Of a stretch of 64,000 nt of DNA, positions 28,703 to 38,648 are shown one piece after another. Source of the DNA: Dehalococcoidia bacterium. GTDB taxonomy: Bacteria > Chloroflexota > Dehalococcoidia > Plut-88900. The stretch lies in NCBI GenBank assembly GCA_965207225.1, contig CBDBLV010000004.1, positions 512,001 through 576,000 on the forward strand, written 5' to 3'. The notes below the pieces were generated by a model. The model saw only the letters and a list, made by a program, of their open reading frames with translations, was not told the DNA's origin and made no database searches. The position numbers were made by a program, and so were the translations under genes. Within the stretch, counting starts at the first letter, position 1; each line of letters begins with the position of its first letter.

Positions 28703-29916
28703 CTCCCGACTACGATGTAGCAGTGATAGGTGGCGGCATCCTCGGACTATCCTCCGCCCGGGAACTCCTCCTCCGATTCCCCCACCTCTCTGTCCTAGTC
28801 ATCGAAAAGGAGCCCGACCTCGCCCGACACCAGACCGGCCACAACAGCGGTGTCATCCACTCCGGCATCTACTATCGGCCCGGCTCCCTCAAGGCCCGCA
28901 ACTGCGTGGAAGGCGCCCGGCTCCTCACCCATTACTGCAACGAACGCGGCATCTCCTACGAAAAATGCGGCAAGGTCATCGTCGCCGTCGACGAAACCGA
29001 GGTTCCCGCCCTCGAGGAACTCTATCGCCGCGGTGTGGCTAACGGCGTCCCAGACCTTCAACGCATCGGTCCTGGCGAATTGAAGCGCCTCGAACCCCAC
29101 GCCCGGGGCGTCGCCGCTCTCCACTCTCCCGACACCGGCATCATCGACTACAGGCAAGTCACCGAGGCCTATGCCACCGACTTCCGAGAGTCGGGCGGCC
29201 AAATATCTTTATCAATCTCTCTTAACGGCATTCGGGGCCTTTCCCATGGCATGGAATTGCAGACCTCCCGGGGCGCAATCCGTGCCCGACACCTCATCAA
29301 CTGCGCGGGGCTATACGCTGATGTCGTGGCCAACATGACCTCCCCCGACAATCAGGTCCGCATTATCCCCTTCCGCGGCGACTACTACACCCTCTCTCCC
29401 CACGCCGAGTCCATGGTGAACGGCCTCATCTACCCCGTCCCTGACCCCGCCTTCCCTTTCCTCGGCGTCCACTTCACCAGGACTGTTCACGGTTATACTG
29501 AAGCTGGGCCCAACGCCGTTCTCGCCTTCGCTCGGGAGGGCTACTCAATCGGAAAAGTGAACGTCGGAGAGTTTGCGCTGACAATTTCATATCCCGGCTT
29601 CTGGCGCCTCACTTTGCGCTACTGGCGCATGGGCTCCCAGGAGCTCTACCGGTCCCTCAGCAAACGTGCCTTCTTAAAAGCCGCCCAAAGGCTCCTGCCT
29701 GAAGTCCGCCTTAAAGACCTAGTCAACCGCGGCTCGGGCGTCAGGGCCCAGGCCGTAGACCGAAAGGGCCGGTTGCTGGATGACTTTGTCATAGCCAGGG
29801 GCAATAATGCAGTGCACGTCAGGAACGCCCCTTCGCCCGGGGCCACGGCATCCCTCGCTATTGGAAAGCACATCGTCGACATAGTCCAGGAGACCTTTGA
29901 CCTGACCGGAAGCTGA
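28699..29916 (+). CDS. lhgO: L-2-hydroxyglutarate oxidase
   Basis: HQTGHNSGVIHSGIYY, FPFLGVHFT, EAGPNA, GVRAQA, RNAPSPGATASL, all canonical. Confidence 0.88.
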   Translation: MTPDYDVAVIGGGILGLSSARELLLRFPHLSVLVIEKEPDLARHQTGHNSGVIHSGIYYRPGSLKARNCVEGARLLTHYCNERGISYEKCGKVIVAVDETEVPALEELYRRGVANGVPDLQRIGPGELKRLEPHARGVAALHSPDTGIIDYRQVTEAYATDFRESGGQISLSISLNGIRGLSHGMELQTSRGAIRARHLINCAGLYADVVANMTSPDNQVRIIPFRGDYYTLSPHAESMVNGLIYPVPDPAFPFLGVHFTRTVHGYTEAGPNAVLAFAREGYSIGKVNVGEFALTISYPGFWRLTLRYWRMGSQELYRSLSKRAFLKAAQRLLPEVRLKDLVNRGSGVRAQAVDRKGRLLDDFVIARGNNAVHVRNAPSPGATASLAIGKHIVDIVQETFDLTGS

Positions 29917-29985
29917 AATAGGCGACAAATCGCAGCTGCTCCCGTCCTCGGCTCGCAGAACTTCGACCAGGGAGACACAAGTAGC

Positions 29986-30636
29986 TTGACAACCCGGAAC
30001 AGCAACTCAGGGCCCCTCGTCCTGGTCATCGACTACGGAGCCAGCAATCTCCGAAGCGTCCAGAAGGCCTTCGCCAAGCTGGGCCACGACGCCCGCGTCT
30101 CTTCCAAACCCACTGACCTCGCCGCCGCCGATGCCCTCGTCCTCCCAGGCCAGGGCGCTGCTCCTCCTACAATGAAGGGCCTCAAAGACCGCGGTCTCCT
30201 CAACCCAATGCTCACCGAAATCGCTAGCGGCAAACCCTTCTTCGGGGTTTGCATGGGACTACAAGTCCTGTTTGACTTCTCCGCTGAGGGACAGCAGGGC
30301 TGCCTCGGCGTCTTCTCCGGCGAAGTTGAGCGCCTCCCCGACACCGTCAAGCAACCCCACATCGGCTGGAACCAGGTCGCCCTGTCCAGACCCAGCCCCC
30401 TCTTCAAAGGAATCGCCGACCGCTCTTATTTCTACTTCGTCCACAGCTACCACCCCGTGCCCCGGGACTCGGGACTCATCCTTGCCAGCACCGAATACGG
30501 ACGCATCTTTTGCTGTGCAGCCGCCAGGGACAACGTAGTCGCCACCCTCTTCCATCCCGAGAAGAGCGGTACACTTGGCCTCAAGATGTACGAAAACTTC
30601 ATGAATAGCTGGGTGTTTAAACAGCTATGGAAGTGA
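29986..30636 (+). CDS. hisH: Imidazole glycerol phosphate synthase glutaminase subunit
   Basis: IDYGASNLRSV, LPGQG, GVCMG, PHIGWN, YFVHSY, FHPEKSG. Confidence 0.95.
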   Translation: MTTRNSNSGPLVLVIDYGASNLRSVQKAFAKLGHDARVSSKPTDLAAADALVLPGQGAAPPTMKGLKDRGLLNPMLTEIASGKPFFGVCMGLQVLFDFSAEGQQGCLGVFSGEVERLPDTVKQPHIGWNQVALSRPSPLFKGIADRSYFYFVHSYHPVPRDSGLILASTEYGRIFCCAAARDNVVATLFHPEKSGTLGLKMYENFMNSWVFKQLWK

Positions 30637-31340
30637 TACCTGCTATAGATTTGAAGGACGGCCGCTGTGTCCGCCTCCTCCAGGGTGACTTTGACAAAGA
30701 GACCCTCTTCTCCACCGACCCCGCTGCCGTCGCCCGACGCTGGCAGGAAGCCGGCGCACCCAGAATCCACGTGGTCGACCTCCAAGGTGCGGCTTCCGGC
30801 AGACCCCGCAACACCGAGGCTGTGGCCAGCATTCTGGACAGTGTGGACATCCCAATCCAACTTGGCGGCGGCGTCCGCGACATGGTCACCCTGGAACTAT
30901 GGCTGTCCCGAGGCGTCCAGAGGGTGGTACTGGGCACCTCCGCCGTGGAAGATCCCGACTTCTTGATAGAGGCTTGCTCACGGTTCGGGGATTCGGTAAT
31001 CACCGGTATAGACGCGAGGAATGGCAAGGTGGCAGCCTCAGGCTGGACTAGAACCACGGATGTGGAAGCCATTTCCTTCGTTGAATGGGTTGGCGAGGTT
31101 GGTGCCCGACGCATCATCTACACCGACATCGCCACCGACGGTATGCTATCAGGCCCCAATTTGGGCTCCGTCCGTCAGGTAATGTCCCACACCCGACTCC
31201 CCGTCATCGCCTCCGGCGGCGTCACCACCATCGACCACCTCATTTCCCTAAGCGCTATGGGGGTAGAGGGAGCCATAATCGGACGGGCCCTCTATACCGG
31301 AGACCTCGACCTACGGGAAGCTATCAAGGCCGTCAGTTAG
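30627..31340 (+). CDS. hisA: ProFAR isomerase
   Basis: IPAIDLKDGRCVRLLQG, HVVDL, GGGVR, YTDIATDGMLSGPN, IASGGV. Confidence 0.96.
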   Translation: MEVIPAIDLKDGRCVRLLQGDFDKETLFSTDPAAVARRWQEAGAPRIHVVDLQGAASGRPRNTEAVASILDSVDIPIQLGGGVRDMVTLELWLSRGVQRVVLGTSAVEDPDFLIEACSRFGDSVITGIDARNGKVAASGWTRTTDVEAISFVEWVGEVGARRIIYTDIATDGMLSGPNLGSVRQVMSHTRLPVIASGGVTTIDHLISLSAMGVEGAIIGRALYTGDLDLREAIKAVS

Positions 31341-31354
31341 TTGGGAGTGCGTAG

Positions 31355-31639
31355 ATGCCTGCAGAACGAGCCAAATCAACCGTCCTTATCGACAACGACA
31401 GAGTGCGAGTCCTGGAGTGGCGTTTCTCTCCGGGCGCAGAAGTCGGCCACCACCGCCACGAACTGGACTACGTCGTCGTTCCCATCATGGATGGCAATAT
31501 CCGTGTGCTGACTACGGACGGCGAGTCCGTCAATCAACTAGCGGTCGGCCGGCCCTACTTCAGAAACGCCGGAGTTGAACACAACGTCATCAACGCCAAC
31601 CCGACCGAGTTCGCATTCGTAGAAGTGGAGATTAAGTAG
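31355..31639 (+). CDS. Cupin domain protein
   Basis: HHRHELDYVVVP..GVEHNVIN..FVEVEIK. Confidence 0.85.
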   Translation: MPAERAKSTVLIDNDRVRVLEWRFSPGAEVGHHRHELDYVVVPIMDGNIRVLTTDGESVNQLAVGRPYFRNAGVEHNVINANPTEFAFVEVEIK

Positions 31640-31653
31640 GCCCGAGTCTTTCC

Positions 31654-31965
31654 CTACCGCCACTCCTCATCCGAAGGGTAGATGTTCGTGCATAGCGTCC
31701 GGGTGTAGGGCTTTGCCAGCCAGTCCTTGGTCGTGTCCCGCCACTTGACGAAGTGCGGAGCTTCTCTGTGCGCCGCTATCGCCGCCTCGTCTTTGTACAC
31801 CTCGTACAGGTGGATTCGATTGGGGTCTTCGTTGTCCTGCAGAACGTCGAACCTCAGGCATCCGGGCTCCACGTCATTCGCCCCCTTGGCGTCCAACATC
31901 AGCTCTTCCATGAACCGCTCTTTGTACTCGGGTTGGATATCTATGGTGACCAGCAATGCGATCAT
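31654..31965 (-). CDS. Antibiotic biosynthesis monooxygenase (LsrG-like) protein
   Basis: EPGCLRFDVLQ..LYEVYKDEAA..HREAPHF. Confidence 0.88.
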   Translation of the reverse strand: MIALLVTIDIQPEYKERFMEELMLDAKGANDVEPGCLRFDVLQDNEDPNRIHLYEVYKDEAAIAAHREAPHFVKWRDTTKDWLAKPYTRTLCTNIYPSDEEWR

Positions 31966-32002
31966 TATTTTCTCCCAGTTGGTTTTTGGCCATAAGTCGC
32001 CC

Positions 32003-33043
32003 TTATAGCGGCAACGACACTGCTTTCCGAAGCTGCGCGCTCCGGGTCACCGCCTCGGTGAATTCCATGTACTTTACTCCGTCCTGAAACGAAGTCAGTT
32101 TTATCTGCTCCTCACCCCTGATTGCCCCGATGAACTCTTCTTCCACCCTCCAACCCCCTCTCTTTTCAGGTGCAATCTCTATCTCCTCCAGACCCAAGTC
32201 CCCCTTCTGACCCCCCATCAGCTTCTGCCCCGACTCGCCAATGAACAGGCTCCCATCCGTACCGTTTATCCAGATCCCCGACTCTTGCCCCATCCCGATA
32301 ACCGTGCTTATCCTAATCCTGGCCTGCGCCCCGATTGCCATACGGCAGAGCACATCAATGTGGTCCGGCACGTCTGTATGAACAAGATTCCCATCGTCGT
32401 CCCTGCGAATGGGCACGTTAACCGAAGTCATAGCCATCACCTCGGAAGCCGGGCCCACCCACCGCATTAAAGCCTCATACCAGATCCCCATGTGCATAAT
32501 GTTCAGTCCACTCAGCGCCCTGTCCTGCCGCCACGACATAGGCGCTTCCCGCTCCAGGAACTGGTCGCCGTTCACGTTCACGTCGATTGCAAGAACATCC
32601 CCAAGATAACCGTCAAGGACCATCGACCGCACGGCCTCGTCTACTGCGAATGTAAAGGGAGACGGGACTATCTGGGTGACCAGGCCTGGGTGCTCCCTGG
32701 ATGCATCGAGCATGATGTGGGCCTCGTCGGCGTTCATAGCCATCCGGGCCTCAGTCATCACGTGTTTCTCGTTTTCCAGCGCCGCCAGCGTCATGGTGCA
32801 GTGCAGGTACGGCCAGGTCCCGATGCACACTGCATCAATTTCATCGTCCTCCACCACGTCCCACCAGTCTTCAAATACCTTCGGGATACCGAACTGGTCG
32901 GCCACCCTCTGGCTAGACTCCCGGGACCTGTTACACACGCTTACCACCTCTACACCCTCGATGGCCTGAAATCCCGGAATATGCCGGTCCCGAGTGTTTT
33001 TGCCCGCTCCGATCAAGCCGATTCTGACTGATTCTGCTCCCAT
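32003..33043 (-). CDS. Gfo/Idh/MocA family oxidoreductase
   Basis: IGLIGAG, DAVCIGTWPYLH, KHVMTEARMA. Confidence 0.9.
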   Translation of the reverse strand: MGAESVRIGLIGAGKNTRDRHIPGFQAIEGVEVVSVCNRSRESSQRVADQFGIPKVFEDWWDVVEDDEIDAVCIGTWPYLHCTMTLAALENEKHVMTEARMAMNADEAHIMLDASREHPGLVTQIVPSPFTFAVDEAVRSMVLDGYLGDVLAIDVNVNGDQFLEREAPMSWRQDRALSGLNIMHMGIWYEALMRWVGPASEVMAMTSVNVPIRRDDDGNLVHTDVPDHIDVLCRMAIGAQARIRISTVIGMGQESGIWINGTDGSLFIGESGQKLMGGQKGDLGLEEIEIAPEKRGGWRVEEEFIGAIRGEEQIKLTSFQDGVKYMEFTEAVTRSAQLRKAVSLPL

Positions 33044-33235
33044 ATCAACTTCCTCCAGGGGTCTTTTCTAAGGGGTTTGCCCGCTTACACGAGCCTGGCG
33101 ATTATAGCACGCACCCCTCCCCACCCCGACCCTTTTCCAGTGCCCCTTGAGATGATTCATCACTTCCCGCTTGTTAGACTATGTTGCTTCCCAGCCAACG
33201 GTTAGGACAACTAGAAGAAGGAGCAGATCCCAAAA

Positions 33236-33697
33236 ATGGACATTGAATTCTCGACCACTCAGGTGGAATCCCAGCCCGTCCTGGGCATAAGGACCCAGGC
33301 AAAGATGCAAGACTTGCCAAAAATAATGGGCGACCTCTTTGGAGAAGTCTTCGGATACGTCAGTCAGGGCGGACAACAGCCCGCCGGAATGCCTTTCTCC
33401 CGATACCACTCCATGGACGACGAATCCGTGGATATGGAGTGCGGGTTGCCCGTAACCTCCCCCAGAGACGGCACCGCCCGCATCAAGGCGGGCGAGCTTC
33501 CCGGTGGAACGGTCGCCACGGTCATCCACGAGGGCCCCTACGAAGGTCTTCCCCAAACGTGGGCTGCGCTTTTTGAGTGGATTAATAGACAAGGTCTTGA
33601 GCCAGCAGGCGCTCCGTGGGAGGTCTACCTCACCGACCCCGGCGCGGAACCCGACCAATCAAAATGGCGCACTCAGATCTTCTTCCCCGTCCAATGA
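33236..33697 (+). CDS. GyrI-like small-molecule binding protein
   Basis: HEGPYEGL, PWEVYLTDP..WRTQIFFPV. AAGGAG SD. Confidence 0.88.
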   Translation: MDIEFSTTQVESQPVLGIRTQAKMQDLPKIMGDLFGEVFGYVSQGGQQPAGMPFSRYHSMDDESVDMECGLPVTSPRDGTARIKAGELPGGTVATVIHEGPYEGLPQTWAALFEWINRQGLEPAGAPWEVYLTDPGAEPDQSKWRTQIFFPVQ

Positions 33698-33738
33698 CTT
33701 GCGTCTGCCCTGGTTAACTGTCCACTAACCCACCCGCC

Positions 33739-33939
33739 ATGTACATCACCCGAGGCGCTATTGCACTCCTGGTCTTTTTCCTGACCTCGATTATCTGTGG
33801 CATCGTAGGGACCATCGGCGTGCTGGTGGTACTCTACGGCGACCTCTGGTGGGGCATAGGCTATCTGGTCGGGACACTCTTGATCGCCGTGGTGGGCTCA
33901 TTCTGGGCCTACAGGATAAACAAGGGTCCCAGCCCCTGA
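33739..33939 (+). CDS. Small two-TM membrane protein
   Basis: 66-aa ORF with two hydrophobic helices in a co-directional gap. Confidence 0.55.
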   Translation: MYITRGAIALLVFFLTSIICGIVGTIGVLVVLYGDLWWGIGYLVGTLLIAVVGSFWAYRINKGPSP

Positions 33940-34040
33940 TTTCATTCAGGCCGCTAGGAAGACGTGCAATGGCCTTGCTACGTACGCCTATTGCGTTAAC
34001 ATTTAGGTAGAGGCCCCGGCCAACAGGAAGGAGCGAACCC

Positions 34041-34163
34041 ATGGCAAACATCGAATGCGCAGCCTGCAAACGGAAATTCGAGACCCAGCTTCTCCAGCTC
34101 AACAACAAGCTCTACTGCGTAGACTGTTTCAACGTCGTGAAGGCCAAGGAGCAGTCCCAATAG
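34041..34163 (+). CDS. 40-aa CxxC..CxxC zinc-finger microprotein (not in the ORF track)
   Basis: AGGAAGGAG SD, MANIECAACKRKFETQLLQLNNKLYCVDCFNVVKAKEQSQ*, followed by a terminator. Confidence 0.75.
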   Translation: MANIECAACKRKFETQLLQLNNKLYCVDCFNVVKAKEQSQ

Positions 34164-34210
34164 CGCTCACATAACAGACTTCTGCTTTTCTGTAGGAGCA
34201 GGCTCTCCAT

Positions 34211-34250
34211 AGGCCGCCCGGGCTAAGGGCCGCGGGCGGCCTTCTCTTCT
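34211..34250 (+). terminator. Intrinsic terminator candidate
   Basis: AGGCCGCCCG..CGGGCGGCCT stem followed by tctcttct. Confidence 0.6.
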
Positions 34251-34289
34251 CCACGACTTCCTCCATTTCTGCCGCTCTCCGGCCACTTA

Positions 34290-34317
34290 TTGACAAATTT
34301 TGAACAAATCCTAAAAT
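34290..34317 (+). promoter_or_regulatory. Sigma70-type promoter for the GHKL gene
   Basis: TTGACA-N16-TAAAAT in an AT-rich patch. Confidence 0.55.
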
Positions 34318-34363
34318 TGTCATAAGGTTTCGTATAGCTACCCGTTCCGAAAGGGGGTTTACA

Positions 34364-35848
34364 TTGGAAAAGATAGTAGATGTCGAACTCAACAAGGCCA
34401 ATGCCCTCATCACCCTCGGCTCCATGTACCGAAGTGCCGCCGACGCCATCAAGGAGTACGTCAGCAACGCCCTTGACGAATGGGCCATGGCCCGCTCCCG
34501 AGGCGCCGCCATCCAGCAGTGCCAGGTCACCTTCACCCTCGAAAAGAAGGCTATTACCATCGGCTACAATGCTCCAGGCATGGATGCCGACTCCTTCGAA
34601 ACTGCTCTGCGTCACGTCGTTGACTCCGCTAAGCGGGACTCCGCCGTACCCCAGATTGGACGTCTTGGAATCGGGCTCTGGGCTTTCAACCAGGTCGGTA
34701 CCCAAGCGACATTCCTCAGCAAACGCTCCCCAGACTCCCCCACCCTCAAGGTCATCCTCTCTCGGGAATCCGCAGAGGCCCGCTTCTTCACCCCCAACCC
34801 CTCCGAGGAGCGCTCTACGCCCGGCATGACCATCAAGATCACCGGTCTATTCCAGGACCCCACCCGACGCTATGGCCCTCTTTCCCAGGCCCGGCTCAAA
34901 CACGTCCTCGCTGACAGGTTTGACACGTATCTCAGGACGGACCAGTTGAAGATCAGCATCAAGTCAGGCAGCAGCGAGACCGAGGTCGTTCCCGTCCAAC
35001 TTGACCTCCCGGAGATCGGGGCCCGCTTCCAGAAATCTCACATCCCAAGCGATTCCGCGAAGACCTTCACCACCCGGTTCTGGTTTGATCCTTCCGGGCA
35101 AGGCCGCGTCTCCATGCGACATACGGGCGTCGTAGTAATCGAAGATATTCGCGAACTGTTCGACTTCGAGCTCTCCGGCAGCATCCTCATCAGCGGCCTT
35201 ATCAAGGGCTACGTCGACGCCGACTTCCTTTCCCCCCTCCCCGCCCGGAGCCAGTTTCTCGAAGACGACAACCTCGCCAAGCTCCTGGACGCCCTAAAGA
35301 CCACCGGCGAAGAGCTCGACTCCGAGATTACCGGCTTCCGCGACGAAGCCGAAAACGAGCGACTTCAGGCCCTCTTCCGCCGCGCAACCAAAGTCGCCCG
35401 GGAGATTTTGAGCCAGGATGAGTTCATGGACCTGGAGCTTATCGACGGATTGCGCCGAGTCAGCAGGGCCAACGGCGACGCCCAGGTCGCCAACGGCGCC
35501 AAGACCAACGGACATGAAGTCAACGGACACGAGACCAACGGACACCGACGGATTGGAGGGAACGGACACCACACCCGCCCCACCCGACGCCCCGTCATCC
35601 GCCGTTCAGACTTCGGAGGCGACGTTCGACACCGCAGCCGCCTCAACGACGGCGCCATCGAAATCAACATCAACAGCCCCGACTTCCTCGCCCTCTCCCG
35701 TGTCCCCCGCTCCCACCAGGTCGCCTACGTCGCCATGCTCCTCGGCAAGGAGATAATCGCCTACAACGACTCCAGCCGCGCCAGCGATGAGGCACTCGAA
35801 AAGATGGCCGCCTACGGCACCAGGGTCCTTTCCAACGTCCTGCGCTAG
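34364..35848 (+). CDS. GHKL (MORC/Hsp90-like) ATPase-domain protein
   Basis: N-box AIKEYVSNALDE, S-K (DSAK), G2 box QIGRLGIG, PGMTIKI, then an S5-like domain, NGH repeats and C-terminal IEININSPDF. TTG start. Confidence 0.78.
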   Translation: MEKIVDVELNKANALITLGSMYRSAADAIKEYVSNALDEWAMARSRGAAIQQCQVTFTLEKKAITIGYNAPGMDADSFETALRHVVDSAKRDSAVPQIGRLGIGLWAFNQVGTQATFLSKRSPDSPTLKVILSRESAEARFFTPNPSEERSTPGMTIKITGLFQDPTRRYGPLSQARLKHVLADRFDTYLRTDQLKISIKSGSSETEVVPVQLDLPEIGARFQKSHIPSDSAKTFTTRFWFDPSGQGRVSMRHTGVVVIEDIRELFDFELSGSILISGLIKGYVDADFLSPLPARSQFLEDDNLAKLLDALKTTGEELDSEITGFRDEAENERLQALFRRATKVAREILSQDEFMDLELIDGLRRVSRANGDAQVANGAKTNGHEVNGHETNGHRRIGGNGHHTRPTRRPVIRRSDFGGDVRHRSRLNDGAIEININSPDFLALSRVPRSHQVAYVAMLLGKEIIAYNDSSRASDEALEKMAAYGTRVLSNVLR

Positions 35849-35874
35849 CTGTTTTCTAGCGCTTTAAGACAATC

Positions 35875-35907
35875 AACAGGCCGGTCGGCAAGACCGACCG
35901 GCCTGTT
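35875..35907. terminator. Bidirectional terminator between convergent genes
   Basis: AACAGGCCGGTCGG-caaga-CCGACCGGCCTGTT perfect 14-bp stem. Confidence 0.75.
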
Positions 35908-35936
35908 CCATTCGGGGTGCGGGAATCCGACCCTAG

Positions 35937-36365
35937 CTACTTCCCCTTAGTCTGCGAAAGGCTTGAGGCCCAGGACTCCACCTGTTCGAGCCGCGCCTGC
36001 ACCAGGTCATGGTCCAGCCCTCTGGCCACGTCCGCGTGTCCTGCCCTTACCAGCATCGGCACTATCCGGCGCCGCAGCTTGTCCAGGGCCCATGGTATCG
36101 GCGCCCCGTTGGTTGTGCAGTCCAGGAATAGTCGTTCGTCTTTGCCGTCTGGGCCGTAATGATAGTGTGGGGCGTCATCAAAGCAGTCGAACCTCAGTAG
36201 CTCCGTTTCTTTCCCCTCCAGGTCCGCATAGACATGAATAGCCACACCTTGGTCCCCACCGAAGTGCCGGTAGTCCAGCCCAAAGTTGATGTTCCCGGCG
36301 TCTATCTTCTCCATCTCTCCCACAACTATCTCGTGGTTCATGTGGTCGTGAGCTTCTTCTGCCAT
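35937..36365 (-). CDS. Conserved hypothetical protein
   Basis: GGAGGAAGGA SD. Natural-looking protein with ELLRFDCFDDAPHYHY. Confidence 0.75.
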   Translation of the reverse strand: MAEEAHDHMNHEIVVGEMEKIDAGNINFGLDYRHFGGDQGVAIHVYADLEGKETELLRFDCFDDAPHYHYGPDGKDERLFLDCTTNGAPIPWALDKLRRRIVPMLVRAGHADVARGLDHDLVQARLEQVESWASSLSQTKGK

Positions 36366-36452
36366 TTGTCCTTCCTCCCAAGTCTTGTTACTGCCCGATA
36401 TCTGTAACCCGAATAATCCACAAACCCCTTTTCCCAGTCAAGCACCCGACCC

Positions 36453-37427
36453 CTAGTACCCCTTCCGCTTGTCGATCACCCCCGTCAACTGTCTCCCGTC
36501 CAGGTACCGCCTGAGATTGTCGCAAAACACGTCCACTATCCGAGCCACCCTAACCGGAGACCCGCCAGCCGTGTGCGGTGTCACCACCACGTTCTCCATA
36601 TTCCACAGTGGATGGTCATCCTCCAGAGGCTCTCCCGGCGATGTATCCAGCCCCGCCCCACCGATCTCCCCAGATTTCAACGCCTCCAAAAGCGCCGGCC
36701 CGTCGACAATATCCCCACGGGTCACGTTTATCAGCAGCGCATGCTCCCGCATGTGCCTGAAAGCCTTCGCATCGAAAATACCCCTCGTGTCATCCGTAAG
36801 CGGCAGGCAGATCACCACTACGTCCGACTCCTCCAGCAAGTCGTAGAATCTATCGGGCGCCCACACCTCCTCCACGAAGGGCGGTTTTTTCACGTCCTCG
36901 GTGTCCAGCGCCAGCGTCCGCATCCCGAACCCTTGCGCCCGACGCGCCACCTCCACCCCCGTCCCCCCCAGCCCAAACACCCCCAATGTCATCCCCGCTA
37001 ATTCCCACGACCTCGCCCTTATCGGCATCCGCACCCGCCAGTTCTTCTCTCTTAAGGCCGTGTGAATCCCCCGGGTCAAGGCCAGAAGCAGTGCCCACGC
37101 GTGGTCGGCTAAATGAGTTCCGACCGTTCCTTTCGCACTTGTCAGTATCACGTCACTCTCCACGAATTCATCGAACAGCACCCCGTCAATCCCCGACCCT
37201 ATCGACTGCACCCACTTCAACTTCCCAGCCGCGTCAAACATCTCCCGGGAGAAGTCCCCGAATACCACTTCCGTGTCCCTCATCGCAGCCTGGGTCTCCT
37301 CCACCGACTGTGGCACCACAATGTCCACTTCCTCCGAAATCGCCTGGATCTTGTTGAGGTATTCCTGCGTGAATCCTTCCGTGACGACAACATTCTCCTC
37401 TAGACGCACATTGATCATTAGCTTCAT
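36453..37427 (-). CDS. D-2-hydroxyacid dehydrogenase family protein
   Basis: GLGGTG, LPLT, INVTRG, GAGLD..EPL, TPHTAG. Confidence 0.92.
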   Translation of the reverse strand: MKLMINVRLEENVVVTEGFTQEYLNKIQAISEEVDIVVPQSVEETQAAMRDTEVVFGDFSREMFDAAGKLKWVQSIGSGIDGVLFDEFVESDVILTSAKGTVGTHLADHAWALLLALTRGIHTALREKNWRVRMPIRARSWELAGMTLGVFGLGGTGVEVARRAQGFGMRTLALDTEDVKKPPFVEEVWAPDRFYDLLEESDVVVICLPLTDDTRGIFDAKAFRHMREHALLINVTRGDIVDGPALLEALKSGEIGGAGLDTSPGEPLEDDHPLWNMENVVVTPHTAGGSPVRVARIVDVFCDNLRRYLDGRQLTGVIDKRKGY

Positions 37428-37466
37428 AGTCGTTCCTCAGTCAAGAGCTACCGACCGCCCGACACC

Positions 37467-38648
37467 CTAGAAGAGCGCTGCCAGTTTGGATATCCCCTCC
37501 CGTATCGTCTCCTCGTCTTGGTGGGCAAAAGCCAGCCTCAAGTAATTATTCCCTTTTCCTGACGGCGAGAAAATCGGCCCCGCCCCGAACCGAATCCCCT
37601 GCTCCTTCGCCTTTTCCAGCACGGGCATCACGTCGGTCCCTTTCGGGAACCGCAGCCACAGGAACATCCCACCTGGGGGATTGGAGCACTCCACCCCTGG
37701 CCCGAAACTTTCTCTTATCGCCGCCAGCATCACATCCTTTCGGGACTTGTAAAGCTCGATCACTTCAGAAACGTGCTGGTCTCGGTGTTTTTTCAGGTAG
37801 TTGTACGCCGCCAGTATCGAAAACTGGCTCGGCGTTGCTCCCTGCTGCAGCATACCTACCCTCTCAGTAATCTCCGGCGGCGCCACTATCCAACCCAGCC
37901 GCATCCCCGGCCCGATTATCTTCGAAGACGACCCGCAGTACATCACCGAACCCGTATCGTCCATCGAGTGTATTGCCGGCTTCATTTCCCCCTCGAACCT
38001 GAGGTCAGCGTAACAGTCGTCCTCGAATATCGGGGTCCCGTACTTCCTCCCGACCGCAAGTATCGCAGCGCGCCTCTCCGTGCCTACATCCAGCCCGGTC
38101 GGATTCTGGAACGTGGGTACCGTGTAGATGTACTTGACCCGTTCGCCTGCTGCCTTCAGTTCAAGAATCTTCTCTTCCAGTTTGTCCGGGCGCATCGCTT
38201 CGTCGTCGCCCTCCACCTCCACTATGTTTGCCTGGAACCGACGCATCACCCTGATCGTCCCGTTGTATATGAACTCGTCTGTCAGCACCGTGTCCCCGGG
38301 GTCGACGAACAGCTCAGTCAGCAATACCAGGGCCTGCATCGATCCCGCCGTGAGCGTCACGTCGTCTCCCGAGACCCTCATCCCCCTGTTTCGCCCCAAA
38401 TTATCCGCCACTAACTCCCGCATCCCCGGATGTCCCTGTGGGTGTGGGTATACCGCCAGCTTCTCGCCCTCCTCCTCCACCCCCGACTGCAATGCCTCAA
38501 CCAGGTGGTCCCCTGGAAACGTCTCCCCGTCTGCAAACGCTATCGCAAAATCATAAGGAAATTGCTGTGCTAGTGGGTTCACGGCGTCCGGCTTAGGTGG
38601 CGTGGTGGAAGCAAATAAGGCCTCATAATCAAGCTGGGAAGCGGTCAT
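37467..38648 (-). CDS. PLP-dependent aminotransferase class I/II (MocR/LysN-like)
   Basis: YTVPTFQNPTG, EDDCY, SSSKIIGPGMRLGW, GGMFLW. ATG at 38648 with AAGGAG SD. Confidence 0.9.
   Translation of the reverse strand: MTASQLDYEALFASTTPPKPDAVNPLAQQFPYDFAIAFADGETFPGDHLVEALQSGVEEEGEKLAVYPHPQGHPGMRELVADNLGRNRGMRVSGDDVTLTAGSMQALVLLTELFVDPGDTVLTDEFIYNGTIRVMRRFQANIVEVEGDDEAMRPDKLEEKILELKAAGERVKYIYTVPTFQNPTGLDVGTERRAAILAVGRKYGTPIFEDDCYADLRFEGEMKPAIHSMDDTGSVMYCGSSSKIIGPGMRLGWIVAPPEITERVGMLQQGATPSQFSILAAYNYLKKHRDQHVSEVIELYKSRKDVMLAAIRESFGPGVECSNPPGGMFLWLRFPKGTDVMPVLEKAKEQGIRFGAGPIFSPSGKGNNYLRLAFAHQDEETIREGISKLAALF

Noticed and set aside
35490-35570. 15-bp imperfect tandem repeats as a CRISPR or VNTR
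   Set aside because: In-frame coding repeats (NGH pentapeptides) with no spacers or cas genes. No CRISPR array was seen anywhere in the window.
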